In this document: positions 50,110 through 59,270 of the stretch, in pieces | Position numbering within the stretch: position 1 is the stretch's first letter | Layout: every line of letters starts with the position of its first letter | Source: Trueperaceae bacterium | GTDB lineage: Bacteria > Deinococcota > Deinococci > Deinococcales > Trueperaceae | DNA: 64,000 nucleotides | Assembly (NCBI GenBank): GCA_965215565.1 | Contig: CBDCDZ010000004.1 | Coordinates: 4,032,001-4,096,000, forward strand | Direction of reading: 5' to 3' | Notes under the pieces: generated by a model | Database searches by the model: none | What the model saw: the letters and a program-made list of their open reading frames with translations, nothing else | What the model was told of the DNA's origin: nothing | Made by a program: the position numbers and the translations under genes

Positions 50110-51120
50110 GTGTCGCAACGCAAATACCATATAACCGAACAACGCGAAACGACGCCGACGCACTCGGTGCTTGAAGGTATGCAACCTGACCTAACCGACG
50201 AGACCTTAGAGGGCGCACCTGTCAACGTAGCGCTCCAAACGACCTCGGGCGATTCTCCAGACCGGCAGAGACTGCTGACCCTCTCCTTGAACAAGAAGAT
50301 GCAGCGTGCAGTTTTGCATAGCCTTGTAAAATTTGCACCTAAAGCCGCCCTCCAAATCGCCTTCTACAACCTGCTCAGCCCGCGCCTTGGACGCTTGTAT
50401 CACGAGGATGATTTGCCCGTGGGCGCAACCTCTTTCATACTGCCCTATAAGAGGAGCTTTCTGCGCGGCTATAGCTGGGGCGTAGGTGACAGGGTGGTCT
50501 ACCTCGTGCACGGTTGGGAAGGCAATCTAGGGCGTATGCGCAAGTTTGTCGAACCGCTCACCTCTGCGGGTTTCAGAGTTGTCGCGTTTGACGCGCCGAG
50601 CCACGGGCGTTCCGGCAAACAGCTCACCACCTTGAAGGACGTCAGCGCTTCACTGGCGGACGTTGTGACGCACTTCGGTCCTCCGCACGCAATCATCGCT
50701 CACTCGTTGGGCGCAGCCGCGACCGCGCTCACGCTCAAGGAGAAGCCCGCGCTCCTCCCCGCTGCACTCGTTTTCCTCTCGCCGATGAAGTCGCTGCGGG
50801 AACACGTCGATATCTTTAACCTCGCCGCCCAGCTTCCGCCGCACTTAGCAGACGCGCTGACGGCGCAAGTCGAGCGTTACGCGAAGCTCAGCGTGACCAC
50901 AACCGACTTCGGGCGCAACGTCGCCGCGTTACCCATAAAGGGACTTCTCGTCCACGACGAGGAAGATGACATCGTCCCCTTCGCCCCTACGCAGCGCGTC
51001 GCAGAACGTTGGCGCGGCGCGGCGCTCTACAAGGCGAGGGGCCTGGGGCACCGCGGCGTCCTCTACGACGCGGCGGTCATAGGGCGTGTGACGCGCTTTG
51101 TGGCAGACACAGTCCGGTAG
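50110..51120 (+). CDS. alpha/beta hydrolase
   Basis: VHGW, FDAPSHG, AHSLG, HDEED, GLGH; true start uncertain. Confidence 0.85.
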   Translation: MSQRKYHITEQRETTPTHSVLEGMQPDLTDETLEGAPVNVALQTTSGDSPDRQRLLTLSLNKKMQRAVLHSLVKFAPKAALQIAFYNLLSPRLGRLYHEDDLPVGATSFILPYKRSFLRGYSWGVGDRVVYLVHGWEGNLGRMRKFVEPLTSAGFRVVAFDAPSHGRSGKQLTTLKDVSASLADVVTHFGPPHAIIAHSLGAAATALTLKEKPALLPAALVFLSPMKSLREHVDIFNLAAQLPPHLADALTAQVERYAKLSVTTTDFGRNVAALPIKGLLVHDEEDDIVPFAPTQRVAERWRGAALYKARGLGHRGVLYDAAVIGRVTRFVADTVR

Positions 51121-51690
51121 AGGCTCGAGGTTCATATGTGCACATAGCAAGTGACCTCAGTCAAGCCCCCGGTACTTACGCAGCACTGGGGGTCAAACTT
51201 TGAATATTGGTCTCGCTGGAGCCTACCTGAAATCCATCAGTAGATGCCGTGCAGATCGAAAAGGCCGCTCAAGAACTGCCTTTTGCGCTCCCTGAAGCGC
51301 TACCGAGTAACGTAAAAACGAAGCAGCTCTCATCACTTCTAACGAGCCGTGCATATAGTTCGCTCTGCCTTGCGTTTCAAGAAGTAGAGGAGCGAGCCCT
51401 GAGCGTATTGAGTTCTCCCACGAGACGCGCTAAAGCAGACCGGACAACACCTGCGCTCGCTTCCGACTCTAACTACAAGGAAAGGAGGGCGTGAAGAGAC
51501 CCTACTCGTAAGAGGAGCGTGCTTTATCCGCCGAGGGCGTTTCGCAGAAGCAACGCACCTGTGTTCGGGGAGAGGAGGCGAGAGACGAAAAGCGCATGTT
51601 CTCTCGGAAGTTTAGGGAACGTCAGATGACGAACCGGAGTGGCTGTTTCGCCACCAGGTTTACCGCACATAGATCACAGAGAGGAAACTT

Positions 51691-52158
51691 ATGCACACCC
51701 CACTACTCAGAACATTTGTACTCGCGTCTCTCATCGCGGTGCTCGCCGCCTGTTCAGGCGTTGACGCACCTGCCGCTGCTGACGAAGTGCTAGAGACGTC
51801 ACAGAACGACCCTGGCGCTTTCGCTAACGGGGTTGAGGGACCCGCTTCAGACAGACCGGGTCGCGCCGGTGTTTGCTTCTACAGCCTGCCCAACTTCCAA
51901 GGTCGCTCACTCTGTTATCGCCAATCACGACCTGGCTTAGCCCCAAGTGGTACTACTCTTCCCGTCGGCGGGATACGTCCTTCATGGAACGATAGGGCGA
52001 GTTCGCTCATCGTCTCGAGAGGCTGGGACGTCGTCACGTACACTGACGGGGTCTTTCGTGGTCGCGCTGTCGTAGCTGGTGATGCCAACTTCGAACGCAG
52101 GGTGCCACGGCTCACGTTCGACAACAACATGTCATCATTTAGGCTCATCAAACAGTAG
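51691..52158 (+). CDS. Lipoprotein with beta/gamma-crystallin-like domain
   Basis: Lipobox LAAC; CFYSLPNFQG, WNDRASS, FDNNMSSFR. Confidence 0.75.
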   Translation: MHTPLLRTFVLASLIAVLAACSGVDAPAAADEVLETSQNDPGAFANGVEGPASDRPGRAGVCFYSLPNFQGRSLCYRQSRPGLAPSGTTLPVGGIRPSWNDRASSLIVSRGWDVVTYTDGVFRGRAVVAGDANFERRVPRLTFDNNMSSFRLIKQ

Positions 52159-52461
52159 TGAGGGGTTTCGGTTAACCTTCCGGCACAGCAACGCCCGCTT
52201 GTTGGAGGTGTGGTCAATCACTATGAGTTCAGACTGCGTTTGTAGCTGCTCTAAACTCATACAGGTCAGTTCTTGATCTGAGGTTGCGCTGAATCCAGGC
52301 AAATTTGGATAAAGCCCGTCTCTAACGCAAGGCAGGCTCATAAAAGTGTCCGAACTATCATCAAGGGGTAGCTGAGTTTAGGCTCAGCTACCCTAGGCCT
52401 TAGCCCTTGCAGCGCTCGCAGGCATTGCGCTACGCACCACAAAACTTTAAGAGGAGAAACA

Positions 52462-52730
52462 GTGGCTAAGTTAGAAGAAGCACCAGCGCCTAGGTTAGAA
52501 GGAGAAATCGCAACGGTGACACTAGGGGACGCCCGCAGGATCATCGCCGCCGCCGAGAAAAAGGCTGAGGAAATTGGTGAGCGTATGAATATCGCCGTGG
52601 TTGATGTCGGGGGGAACATCGCTTCGCTTTGCGAAAACTTCGTAACGCCCACGTGCATATGGACGGTGGCTGCATAGGCAGCATCGACGATTCAGTGAGA
52701 AAGGCGTACACCTCGAGCGCGTTTAGAATA
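52462..52730 (+). pseudogene. GlcG/HbpS heme-binding protein, frameshifted by a 26-nt insertion and truncated
   Basis: ARRIIAAAEKKA..NIAVVD.GG, then MDG..GSID..KAYTS in another frame. Confidence 0.8.
52621..52648 (+). mobile_element. 26-nt mini-insertion with GC duplication (SDR-like variant)
   Basis: GC-TTCGCTTTGCGAAAACTTCGTAAC-GC; removing 26 nt restores GNIAHVHMDG in frame. Confidence 0.6.
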
Positions 52731-52929
52731 TCTGAAACACCACGCTGCCCTGCTTCTGGACCCGCTTCTTGGAAGGCGAGGGGCGCGCACGGATTCTCAG
52801 CGACTCCAGGTTGTTCGCGTGCTCTGTCCGCCCAACCGGACAGGCTGTGCCCACGGCAGGGGGATATCAAGTACTTCATGATTTGCTTGAGCCGTGTGCG
52901 GTGAAAGTCGCGCGCACGGTTCTTGGGGG

Positions 52930-53806
52930 CGGGAGGCCGGTGACGGTCGTGGGGTTGATGGTGCCGCACGCGGTCAGGCTCCTGCTCGGTCCCGACCACC
53001 GCACGCTGCTGCCCATGAGCATGATTTTGGGCGGGACATTCATGGTGCTCGCCGACTTAGCCGCCCGCACCGCTCGTCTTTGCGGCGCTACGGTTCACCA
53101 CTGCTCGCCCTATCAGAAGGATATCCCTGCTACGGCAGAGGTACTCGAGTCCGTCCACCGCTTCGCGCCGACGCTTCTTTGGCTCTGTCACCCTACCAAC
53201 TCTACAGGTCACGCTTGGCGGGTAGGGGATTTGCGGAAGCTCGCCGAGAGGTGTCAGGAACACGAAGCCTTGCTCGTCCTAGACCTCGCGTACCTGAACT
53301 TTCTCGAGCGCCTCACCCACCACTTACCTCTCCCTTTACTTCACAACGCGGTGCAGCTCTACTCCCTGACTAAGAGCTTTCGGCTGCCGGGCGTCCGCGC
53401 GGGCTACGCGCTCGCGTCCCCTGAGGTCGTGAACGCCTTGGAGCGGAGCGCTCCGCCGTGGCAGATGAGTGTCCACGCGCAAGCCGCTACGGGGTGGGCG
53501 TTCTCCGACGCCGGACGGACGTTTTTGCGGCGGACGCTGCCCGAGTTAGGAGAGGTGAGGCGCGACTTCCAGGCGAAACTTCGTACCCTCGGGTTGCAGG
53601 TTCGGGATACGAGCGCGAACTACTTCTTAGTCGAGGTGGGCGACGCAGTCATCTTTAAGCAAGCCGCCTTGCGAGCGGGCTTCCGCGTGCGCGACTGCGC
53701 GAGCTTCGGCTTGCCGACTCAAGTGCGCCTCGCCGCGCAGCAGCCGCGCGAAAATCAGACGTTTTTGGCGTGGCTCGAGTCAGGCTGGTTACCCGAAGGT
53801 GGCTAG
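52930..53806 (+). pseudogene. Chimera of BtuC/FecCD permease fragment and threonine-phosphate decarboxylase (CobD) C-terminal part
   Basis: VGLMVPHAVRLLLGPDHR..LADLAART joined to PLP-enzyme motifs CHPTNSTG, LVLDLAY, SLTKSF.LPGVRAGY. Confidence 0.75.
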
Positions 53807-54655
53807 AGCGCTGATGGTCCAGGGCTGCACCTCGGACGCGGGCAAGTCGTACCTGATAGCGGGCTTGTGCCGCTTTTATGCGAAGCGCGGCGTCAAGGTC
53901 GCGCCCTTCAAGGCGCAGAACATGAGCAACAACGCGGGCGTCACGCCTGAGGGGTTAGAGATGGGACGTGCGCAGCTCTTGCAAGCCCAAGCCGCCCGCG
54001 CCAGCCCCGAAGTCCGCAGGGGCTGACGGACGAGGTGGCGCACCTCGCTAAGCTCGGTGTGCCCATTTTGGGGGTCTGCGGCGGTTTGCAGATGCTCGGA
54101 CGCGCAATTCGTGACCCTGACGGGGTCGAAGCTACCGGGAGCGCGAGGGGCTTGGGACTGCTCGACGTGACAACCGTATTCGCAGGGGATAAAGTCACCC
54201 GGCAGACCACAGCGCATCTCCTACCTACGGGGGACACCGTTACGGGTTACTAGCAGTTCCACGACATACTGAGACAGTTGAGCGCAGATCTCTGTCCGCA
54301 AGGACTAGCGTTACGGGCAGGCCGCCCTGCCGTTGCGGGATTTCATCCCTCGAAGTGCGTGCTAGACTGTTCATTTCTCACTAAGGGTGTTTCTGACCAG
54401 ATGATACCTGCTATACGAAATACATCATGGGCGAACCCGAGCAGGGAAGGGTGCGCGACCCTTACTCAGCGGCGGTCTAGGCTTTATTCAGGGTAATGTG
54501 ATGGGCGTTTACGCCCACGGCTTGTTTAGCAGCGCCACGTTTAGACGGTGGTTTCTAGGACACCTTGGCGTTCAAGCGTCTCAGCGGGACTGGCTCACCC
54601 ACGTAGACGCCGCGCTCGACACGCTCGCCGATCACCTGGAAGAGCACCTGGATGT
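53799..54655 (+). pseudogene. cobQ: cobyric acid synthase CobQ, internally deleted and MITE-interrupted
   Basis: [38 protein letters not shown] split; YAHGLF. Confidence 0.88.
54251..54413 (-). mobile_element. MITE family B full copy inserted in cobQ
   Basis: TAGCAG...CTGCTA ends, TAC on both sides (54248-50 / 54414-16). Confidence 0.88.
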
Positions 54656-55261
54656 GTGGACGCCATTGACAGGGCGCTCGAGGTCCGCAAGACGCCCCCA
54701 TCATCAGCAAGGCTCTACTTCATCACGGGGGGCGCGCGTTCGGGCAAGTCGCGCTACGCAGAGGCGTTGGCAAAGCATCTGGGACAGGACAATATCACGG
54801 TGATTGCCACGCTCGAGCCCTTAGATGACGAGATGGCGCGCCGCGTCGCGAAGCACAAGGCGCGGCGTCCTGCGAATTGGCGAACGCTCGAGGCACCTCT
54901 GGACTTACCGCGAGCTGTTCTACGAGCACCGACGGAGACCGTACTCGCCGACTGCTTATCCGGCTTCGTCTCGAACCTGCTGCTCAAACATGAAGCGGAG
55001 GGGGAAGAGGCGGCGCTCGAGCAGGTCTTGGGGGCGGTCGACGCGCTTATCCGAGCGGTGAAACAGAGCCGAAAAACAGTAATCGTCGTTAGCAACGAGG
55101 TGGGGGGCGGTGTCGTGCCCGCGTACAGGCTTGGGCGCTGGTACCGCGACGCCTTGGGGCTCGCCAATCAGCGCGTCGCGGCGGCGGCGGACGCGGTGAG
55201 CCTGGTGACGGTTGGGCTTCCCAAAAGGTTGAAAGGAGCGTTACCGGAGCTTGCCGAGTAG
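54656..55261 (+). CDS. cobU: adenosylcobinamide kinase / guanylyltransferase domain (probably once fused to CobQ)
   Basis: ITGGARSGKS, DDEMARR..H..RR, DCLS, VSNEVG, NQRVA; no convincing independent start. Confidence 0.85.
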   Translation: MDAIDRALEVRKTPPSSARLYFITGGARSGKSRYAEALAKHLGQDNITVIATLEPLDDEMARRVAKHKARRPANWRTLEAPLDLPRAVLRAPTETVLADCLSGFVSNLLLKHEAEGEEAALEQVLGAVDALIRAVKQSRKTVIVVSNEVGGGVVPAYRLGRWYRDALGLANQRVAAAADAVSLVTVGLPKRLKGALPELAE

Positions 55262-55333
55262 TCAAGCAGTTTCACCAAGTACAGTAGAAAAGCCTAAAAG
55301 ATGGTGGCAATTTGGAAAACGTAGGGCCTAACC

Positions 55334-55714
55334 TCAGTCCTCACACTCCGCCGTAATACTCGTCCCCCACCGGTACGCCTCCACACACGGCACACCTACG
55401 CGCCGAATGGAAAGCGAATTTTGAACATTTTCCTCTTGATACAAGCGAGCGGAGGCGAGCACCGTCGCGCCTCTTGGAGCCCAGAAGCGAACGGTGTGCG
55501 GATAGCGTGAGGTGACGCCTTCGCCTAAGCGGTCTAGGGGGTTGCCCCTCGAGTAAACAAGCGGTTCGGTAGTCACGAGGTAGCGTCCTTCGAAGGGCGT
55601 GCCGATTTCACCCTCCCAGGTGATGGACTGCGGCACGGGTCCGCCAAACAAAAAATAGAGTGCGCCGATAACGAGAATACTGAATAGAGAGATTATGCCT
55701 AGCATCACTTTCAT
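55334..55714 (-). CDS. Membrane-anchored hypothetical protein, paralog of 55947-56342
   Basis: N-terminal TM; shares GGPV, GTPF.G, YP.TV.W, IRR.GV.C, WG..TA.CE. Confidence 0.75.
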   Translation of the reverse strand: MKVMLGIISLFSILVIGALYFLFGGPVPQSITWEGEIGTPFEGRYLVTTEPLVYSRGNPLDRLGEGVTSRYPHTVRFWAPRGATVLASARLYQEENVQNSLSIRRVGVPCVEAYRWGTSITAECED

Positions 55715-55946
55715 GGCGTCAATGTACCGCGCGCGAAAGAGGTCAACCGTGAGGTTAAGTGCAGATGCTTCTCCTTGCGCTTTTTGTAGTTTGTTTCACA
55801 TACAGCCCGCAAGTTTAGCGCGTCGCTTACAATAGAGCGTGCTAGGGTGAAACGTCCCTACCCGTCCAAGCGCCCTGTGCTGTAAGTTAAAACCGCGCCT
55901 CAGCGTGTCTTGAAACTGGCTAACTTATTTAACTCGAGGAGAACTC

Positions 55947-56342
55947 ATGTCCGCTCTACCCTTTGAAATTCGTATCTTTCACCTCTTTATCGGCGCGTTC
56001 GTGCTCGTCGTGCTGCTCGCGGCGTACTACGTCTTGGGAGGTCCGGTCATTCACGTCATCACCTTTGAGGGAAAAGAGGGAACACCCTTTCAAGGAAGTT
56101 ACGTGGTCTCGCGTCGATCTCAGAGTACGCCCTCAGAAGCGCTCGCGTCGGCTAGAAACAGCATCGAGGGAGAGTATCCCTTTACCGTTTTCACCTGGGC
56201 ATCGAAAGACGCTTACATTTTAGCGGGCGCACGCATCGCCTTAGAACAAAATATGTACAACACCATTACGATTCGCCGCGCCGGGGTGGTGTGTAGCAAG
56301 GGGTATACCTGGGGGCAAGCGGTCACGGCGGCGTGTGAGTAA
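55947..56342 (+). CDS. Membrane-anchored hypothetical protein, paralog of 55334-55714
   Basis: Same motifs; GAGGAG RBS. Confidence 0.75.
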   Translation: MSALPFEIRIFHLFIGAFVLVVLLAAYYVLGGPVIHVITFEGKEGTPFQGSYVVSRRSQSTPSEALASARNSIEGEYPFTVFTWASKDAYILAGARIALEQNMYNTITIRRAGVVCSKGYTWGQAVTAACE

Positions 56343-56345
56343 GAA

Positions 56346-56416
56346 GCAATGAGCTGAAAGCAATGAGCAATGAGTCGAAAGTCTTCGGTTTTCACTCATT
56401 GCTCGTTTCTCATTGC
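56346..56416. repeat. GCAATGA heptamer-based inverted repeat between convergent genes
   Basis: GCAATGAG...GCAATGAGCAATGAG / CTCATTGCTC...CTCATTGC; related units at 17-28 and 169-198. Confidence 0.65.
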
Positions 56417-56667
56417 TACCCCCTCGGCGGGTCCTCCTCCCCCCGGTGCTGGTAGTTGCCAGCGTCGAACTCTTGGGGCGTTAGTTTAACTAATCCGTCG
56501 CCCTCCTCTTGCTCTAAAATCACCATGTCAATCTGCTTGTCCGCCACGCGAAAGCCGCGTCCCACGCCGTCCACGACGATGTCGTTTACAGTGAGGTTAT
56601 CAAAAGTTGCGCTGTACGTGGAGTCGTTTATAACGTCATCTGTAGGGTTGTAGCTCGGATCGTCCAT
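56416..56667 (-). CDS. Small acidic hypothetical protein
   Basis: Abuts upstream gene; AGGAG RBS; 83 aa. Confidence 0.6.
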   Translation of the reverse strand: MDDPSYNPTDDVINDSTYSATFDNLTVNDIVVDGVGRGFRVADKQIDMVILEQEEGDGLVKLTPQEFDAGNYQHRGEEDPPRG

Positions 56668-56937
56668 TTACGCTCCTAACAGGGTCACGCGCCCTGCGCT
56701 CATGCCGGCGACGGCGGCGCGCTCGAGCGCCAAGTGCGCCATCTCCGCGACTTTTTCTCCGCCGCTATAGAGTTTGACCTCTTTGAGGTAGAGAATATCG
56801 CCCGCTCGCGGCTCGCCCTCTTGCAAGGCGTAGTCCTCGGGTGAACTGCGCAGCCCTTGGATGAGCAGCCCTTGCACCAAGAGCGTCATCGGCGTGTTCA
56901 TATTTGTATCTACGTCTTTCTCGGTAGCGTCGCTCAT
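56668..56937 (-). CDS. Small hypothetical protein
   Basis: ATGA overlap with fasciclin gene. Confidence 0.6.
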   Translation of the reverse strand: MSDATEKDVDTNMNTPMTLLVQGLLIQGLRSSPEDYALQEGEPRAGDILYLKEVKLYSGGEKVAEMAHLALERAAVAGMSAGRVTLLGA

Positions 56938-57335
56938 ACGGGTAAGAGTACCTGATCGATGACGTGGACTGCGCCGTTGTCCGCCATGAGGTCCGCTTTG
57001 AGGACCGAGGCGCGTCCTACCATGAGATTGTCGGTGTCGCCGCTAACACCGACCTCTTGCCCGTTCAAGGTAGTGAGCGAGCCAGCGTCCAGAGCGCTCG
57101 CCACTGTGACCTCACCTGAAACGGCGTGGTGTTTGAGTAACTCCGTGAGGGCCGCTTGGTCTCTCAAAAGCTCGTTCACCGTGCCTTCGGGCAGCTTGTT
57201 AAAGGCGTCGTCCGAGGGTGCGAAAAAGGTGTAGGGCGCTTCGCCAAGCGTGCCGAAAAGGTCTGCGTCTTTAAGCAAAGCGGAGAGCGTTTTGAAGTTG
57301 TCGTCATTCTGAATAATATCGACAATCGTAGGCAT
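56934..57335 (-). CDS. Fasciclin (FAS1) domain protein without signal peptide
   Basis: YTFFAPSDDAF, LLKHH, ADNGAVHVIDQVL. Confidence 0.9.
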   Translation of the reverse strand: MPTIVDIIQNDDNFKTLSALLKDADLFGTLGEAPYTFFAPSDDAFNKLPEGTVNELLRDQAALTELLKHHAVSGEVTVASALDAGSLTTLNGQEVGVSGDTDNLMVGRASVLKADLMADNGAVHVIDQVLLPV

Positions 57336-57432
57336 CGTGACCTCCTTAGTTGTCTTATAACAGATGTGGTTCAGAAAAGATGTGGCGGTGAACGTGCTCT
57401 CCAGAACGTCTTCTGAATCAGGTCAAAAAAAG

Positions 57433-57459
57433 AAGCCGCCTGAACTTCAGGCGGCTTTT
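57433..57459 (-). terminator. Terminator after tRNA-Pro
   Basis: AAGCCGCCTGAA-C-TTCAGGCGGCTT with adjacent A/T tracts. Confidence 0.75.
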
Positions 57460-57463
57460 CTAA

Positions 57464-57537
57464 TCGGGGTGACAGGATTTGAACCTGCGACCACTTGACC
57501 CCCAGTCAAGTGCGCTACCAGGCTGCGCTACACCCCG
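57464..57537 (-). tRNA. tRNA-Pro(GGG)
   Basis: Minus strand CGGGGTG acceptor, CTTGA-CTGGGGG-TCAAG anticodon arm. Confidence 0.95.
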
Positions 57538-57550
57538 TGGCGCGTCCACT

Positions 57551-57580
57551 AGTCTACACGCTCCTAAGAGAGCCTGTCAA
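57551..57580 (-). promoter_or_regulatory. sigma-A promoter of tRNA-Pro
   Basis: TTGACA-18 nt-TAGACT on minus strand. Confidence 0.65.
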
Positions 57581-57596
57581 ACCGCTACAATACCTC

Positions 57597-58208
57597 ATGG
57601 CTGAGGGAGACGAATTTCTCGACGTATTGACCGAAGAGGGTGTACCCACCGGGCGGAGCAAACGCCGCGCCGACGTTCATAGAGACGGCGACTGGCACCG
57701 GAGTTTTCACCTGTGGATCGTGAAAGAGGAGCGCTACGTGCTGTTTCAGCGGCGCTCGCAGCGTAAAGACTTAGAGCCTGGCAAAATCGACGTCACGGTG
57801 GGCGGACATTTTTCGGCAGGAGAGACCTTGAAAGAGGTACTTAGAGAGCCCTACGAGGAGTTGGGTTTGGACCTCAGCCCCAGAGATATTTCGCATCTCA
57901 CAACGCGCAAAGCCGAGCGGTTTTATGAGGGCGCGACGGACCGCGAGTTTCAAGAGGTCTACGTGATGCGTTGTGACAAGAGGTTGGAGGAGTACGGGCT
58001 GAACCGCCAAGAGGTCTACGCGCTCTACGAAGTCCCTTTGGAGCGCGCGATCGACCTCTACCGCATAGGCGAGAGCGTGGCGGCGGCGGGGTTCGACGCT
58101 TATGGGCGGGAGAATAACGCGCTGCTCTTCGCGGCTGACCTCATCGAGCAGGCGCGGGAGGACGTGGCAAAGACGCTGGAGGAGATACGCGCTTGGCTAG
58201 AGGGTTGA
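57597..58208 (+). CDS. NUDIX hydrolase (IDI-like subfamily)
   Basis: VHRDGDWH, QRRS..KD..PG, GGH..AGE....REPYEELG; TACAAT -10 box. Confidence 0.85.
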   Translation: MAEGDEFLDVLTEEGVPTGRSKRRADVHRDGDWHRSFHLWIVKEERYVLFQRRSQRKDLEPGKIDVTVGGHFSAGETLKEVLREPYEELGLDLSPRDISHLTTRKAERFYEGATDREFQEVYVMRCDKRLEEYGLNRQEVYALYEVPLERAIDLYRIGESVAAAGFDAYGRENNALLFAADLIEQAREDVAKTLEEIRAWLEG

Positions 58209-59270
58209 GGGGTCTTCGGGCGCAGTGTTTGACCCCTTGGGGCGTAGCAGCGTGCCGCCTAATGCAGGTCCGATGAGGAAGAACACGTAGTAGTTGAAGA
58301 TGCGCCAGACGATGAGTGCAGGCGCGATCTGGGCGGCGTCCGTCTGCAGCTCGAACAGCGACAGCGTCGCGAACTCGGTATAGCCGCTCCCCCCCGGCGT
58401 CGGCACGACGAACGAGGTCACAGACGCTACGAGCACCGTCGCGAGCGTGGGCAAGAGGGCAAGCTCAGCGCCCAAACTCGCCGCGACGACGTAGAAGACC
58501 GCGTAGTTGCTGAGGTGTAGGGGCGCGGTCACGGCGAGTAGGAGGAACTGGACGAGAGGACGCCGTGACGTGAGCGCCGCTGCGTCGGTTAGCTTGTCGA
58601 ACGAGGTGAGTGCGCCCTCTCGCCAGCGCGCCAGGAGGGGCAGGGTGAAAAGCGCCCCTAGCACGGGCTTCAGCCACGCCAAGCGGTAGGCGAGCAGATA
58701 CCAAAACCCGAGAAAGGCGACGCTCAGCGCGAGCGCGGGAAGCAGCAGCGAATCCACCGGAAACCCTATGCTCGTGCTCAGCAGGAGGAGCGCTAGGGGC
58801 ACCGCGCCGCCGAAGAAGAGCAGGTCCAAAATCGCGGTGTAGAGCGTCGCCGCCCACGCTTTAGGCGCGTCCATCCCACCCTGAATGAGCGCGAGCCCCA
58901 TCACGGGCATCTGCCCGCTACCGCCCGGCGTAACGAGGTCGCTGAAGCGCCCGAGCAAGTAGGCGCGGAGCCCCTGCCAGAGGCTTAGGGGCGCACCGCT
59001 CACGTTCGCTAAGACCTTGAGCCGCGCCGCGCCGCACAGAAAGTTGACGAGCACGGAGGCGGCGCTTACGAGAAGCGCCGAAACGGGGACCTCGAGCACG
59101 GCGCGCAGCTCGCCTACGTCGCCTAGCCACAAGAGCGCCGCGCCCAGCCCACCCAAACTCAGCAGCGCGGACAAGGCGAGCGTTCCCGCTAGGCGGATGA
59201 GGGTTCCTTGCGTGGGAGCGCGGGACGCACACGCTTGCGGGGGCGCGTAAAGCGCTCGATGAGGGCGCAC
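58197..59270 (-). CDS. LPG-synthase TM / flippase-like membrane protein (UPF0104)
   Basis: VTPGGSG, PTPGGSG..E, WRIFNYY; start uncertain. Confidence 0.8.
   Translation of the reverse strand: MRPHRALYAPPQACASRAPTQGTLIRLAGTLALSALLSLGGLGAALLWLGDVGELRAVLEVPVSALLVSAASVLVNFLCGAARLKVLANVSGAPLSLWQGLRAYLLGRFSDLVTPGGSGQMPVMGLALIQGGMDAPKAWAATLYTAILDLLFFGGAVPLALLLLSTSIGFPVDSLLLPALALSVAFLGFWYLLAYRLAWLKPVLGALFTLPLLARWREGALTSFDKLTDAAALTSRRPLVQFLLLAVTAPLHLSNYAVFYVVAASLGAELALLPTLATVLVASVTSFVVPTPGGSGYTEFATLSLFELQTDAAQIAPALIVWRIFNYYVFFLIGPALGGTLLRPKGSNTAPEDPSTL

Noticed and set aside
51150..51500. GTCAAGCCCCC...GGGGG hairpin resembling an IS200/IS605 end or omegaRNA start
   Set aside because: No TnpA, TnpB or IscB ORF nearby and no further conserved RNA motifs recognised.
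52730..52800. Cobalamin riboswitch upstream of the cob remnants
   Set aside because: Only a GGAAGG fragment; no GCCACTG box or other core elements.
36329..57464. tRNA-Pro-anchored integrative island or prophage
   Set aside because: No integrase or phage genes, no duplicated tRNA 3' end seen, and housekeeping carD lies inside the interval.
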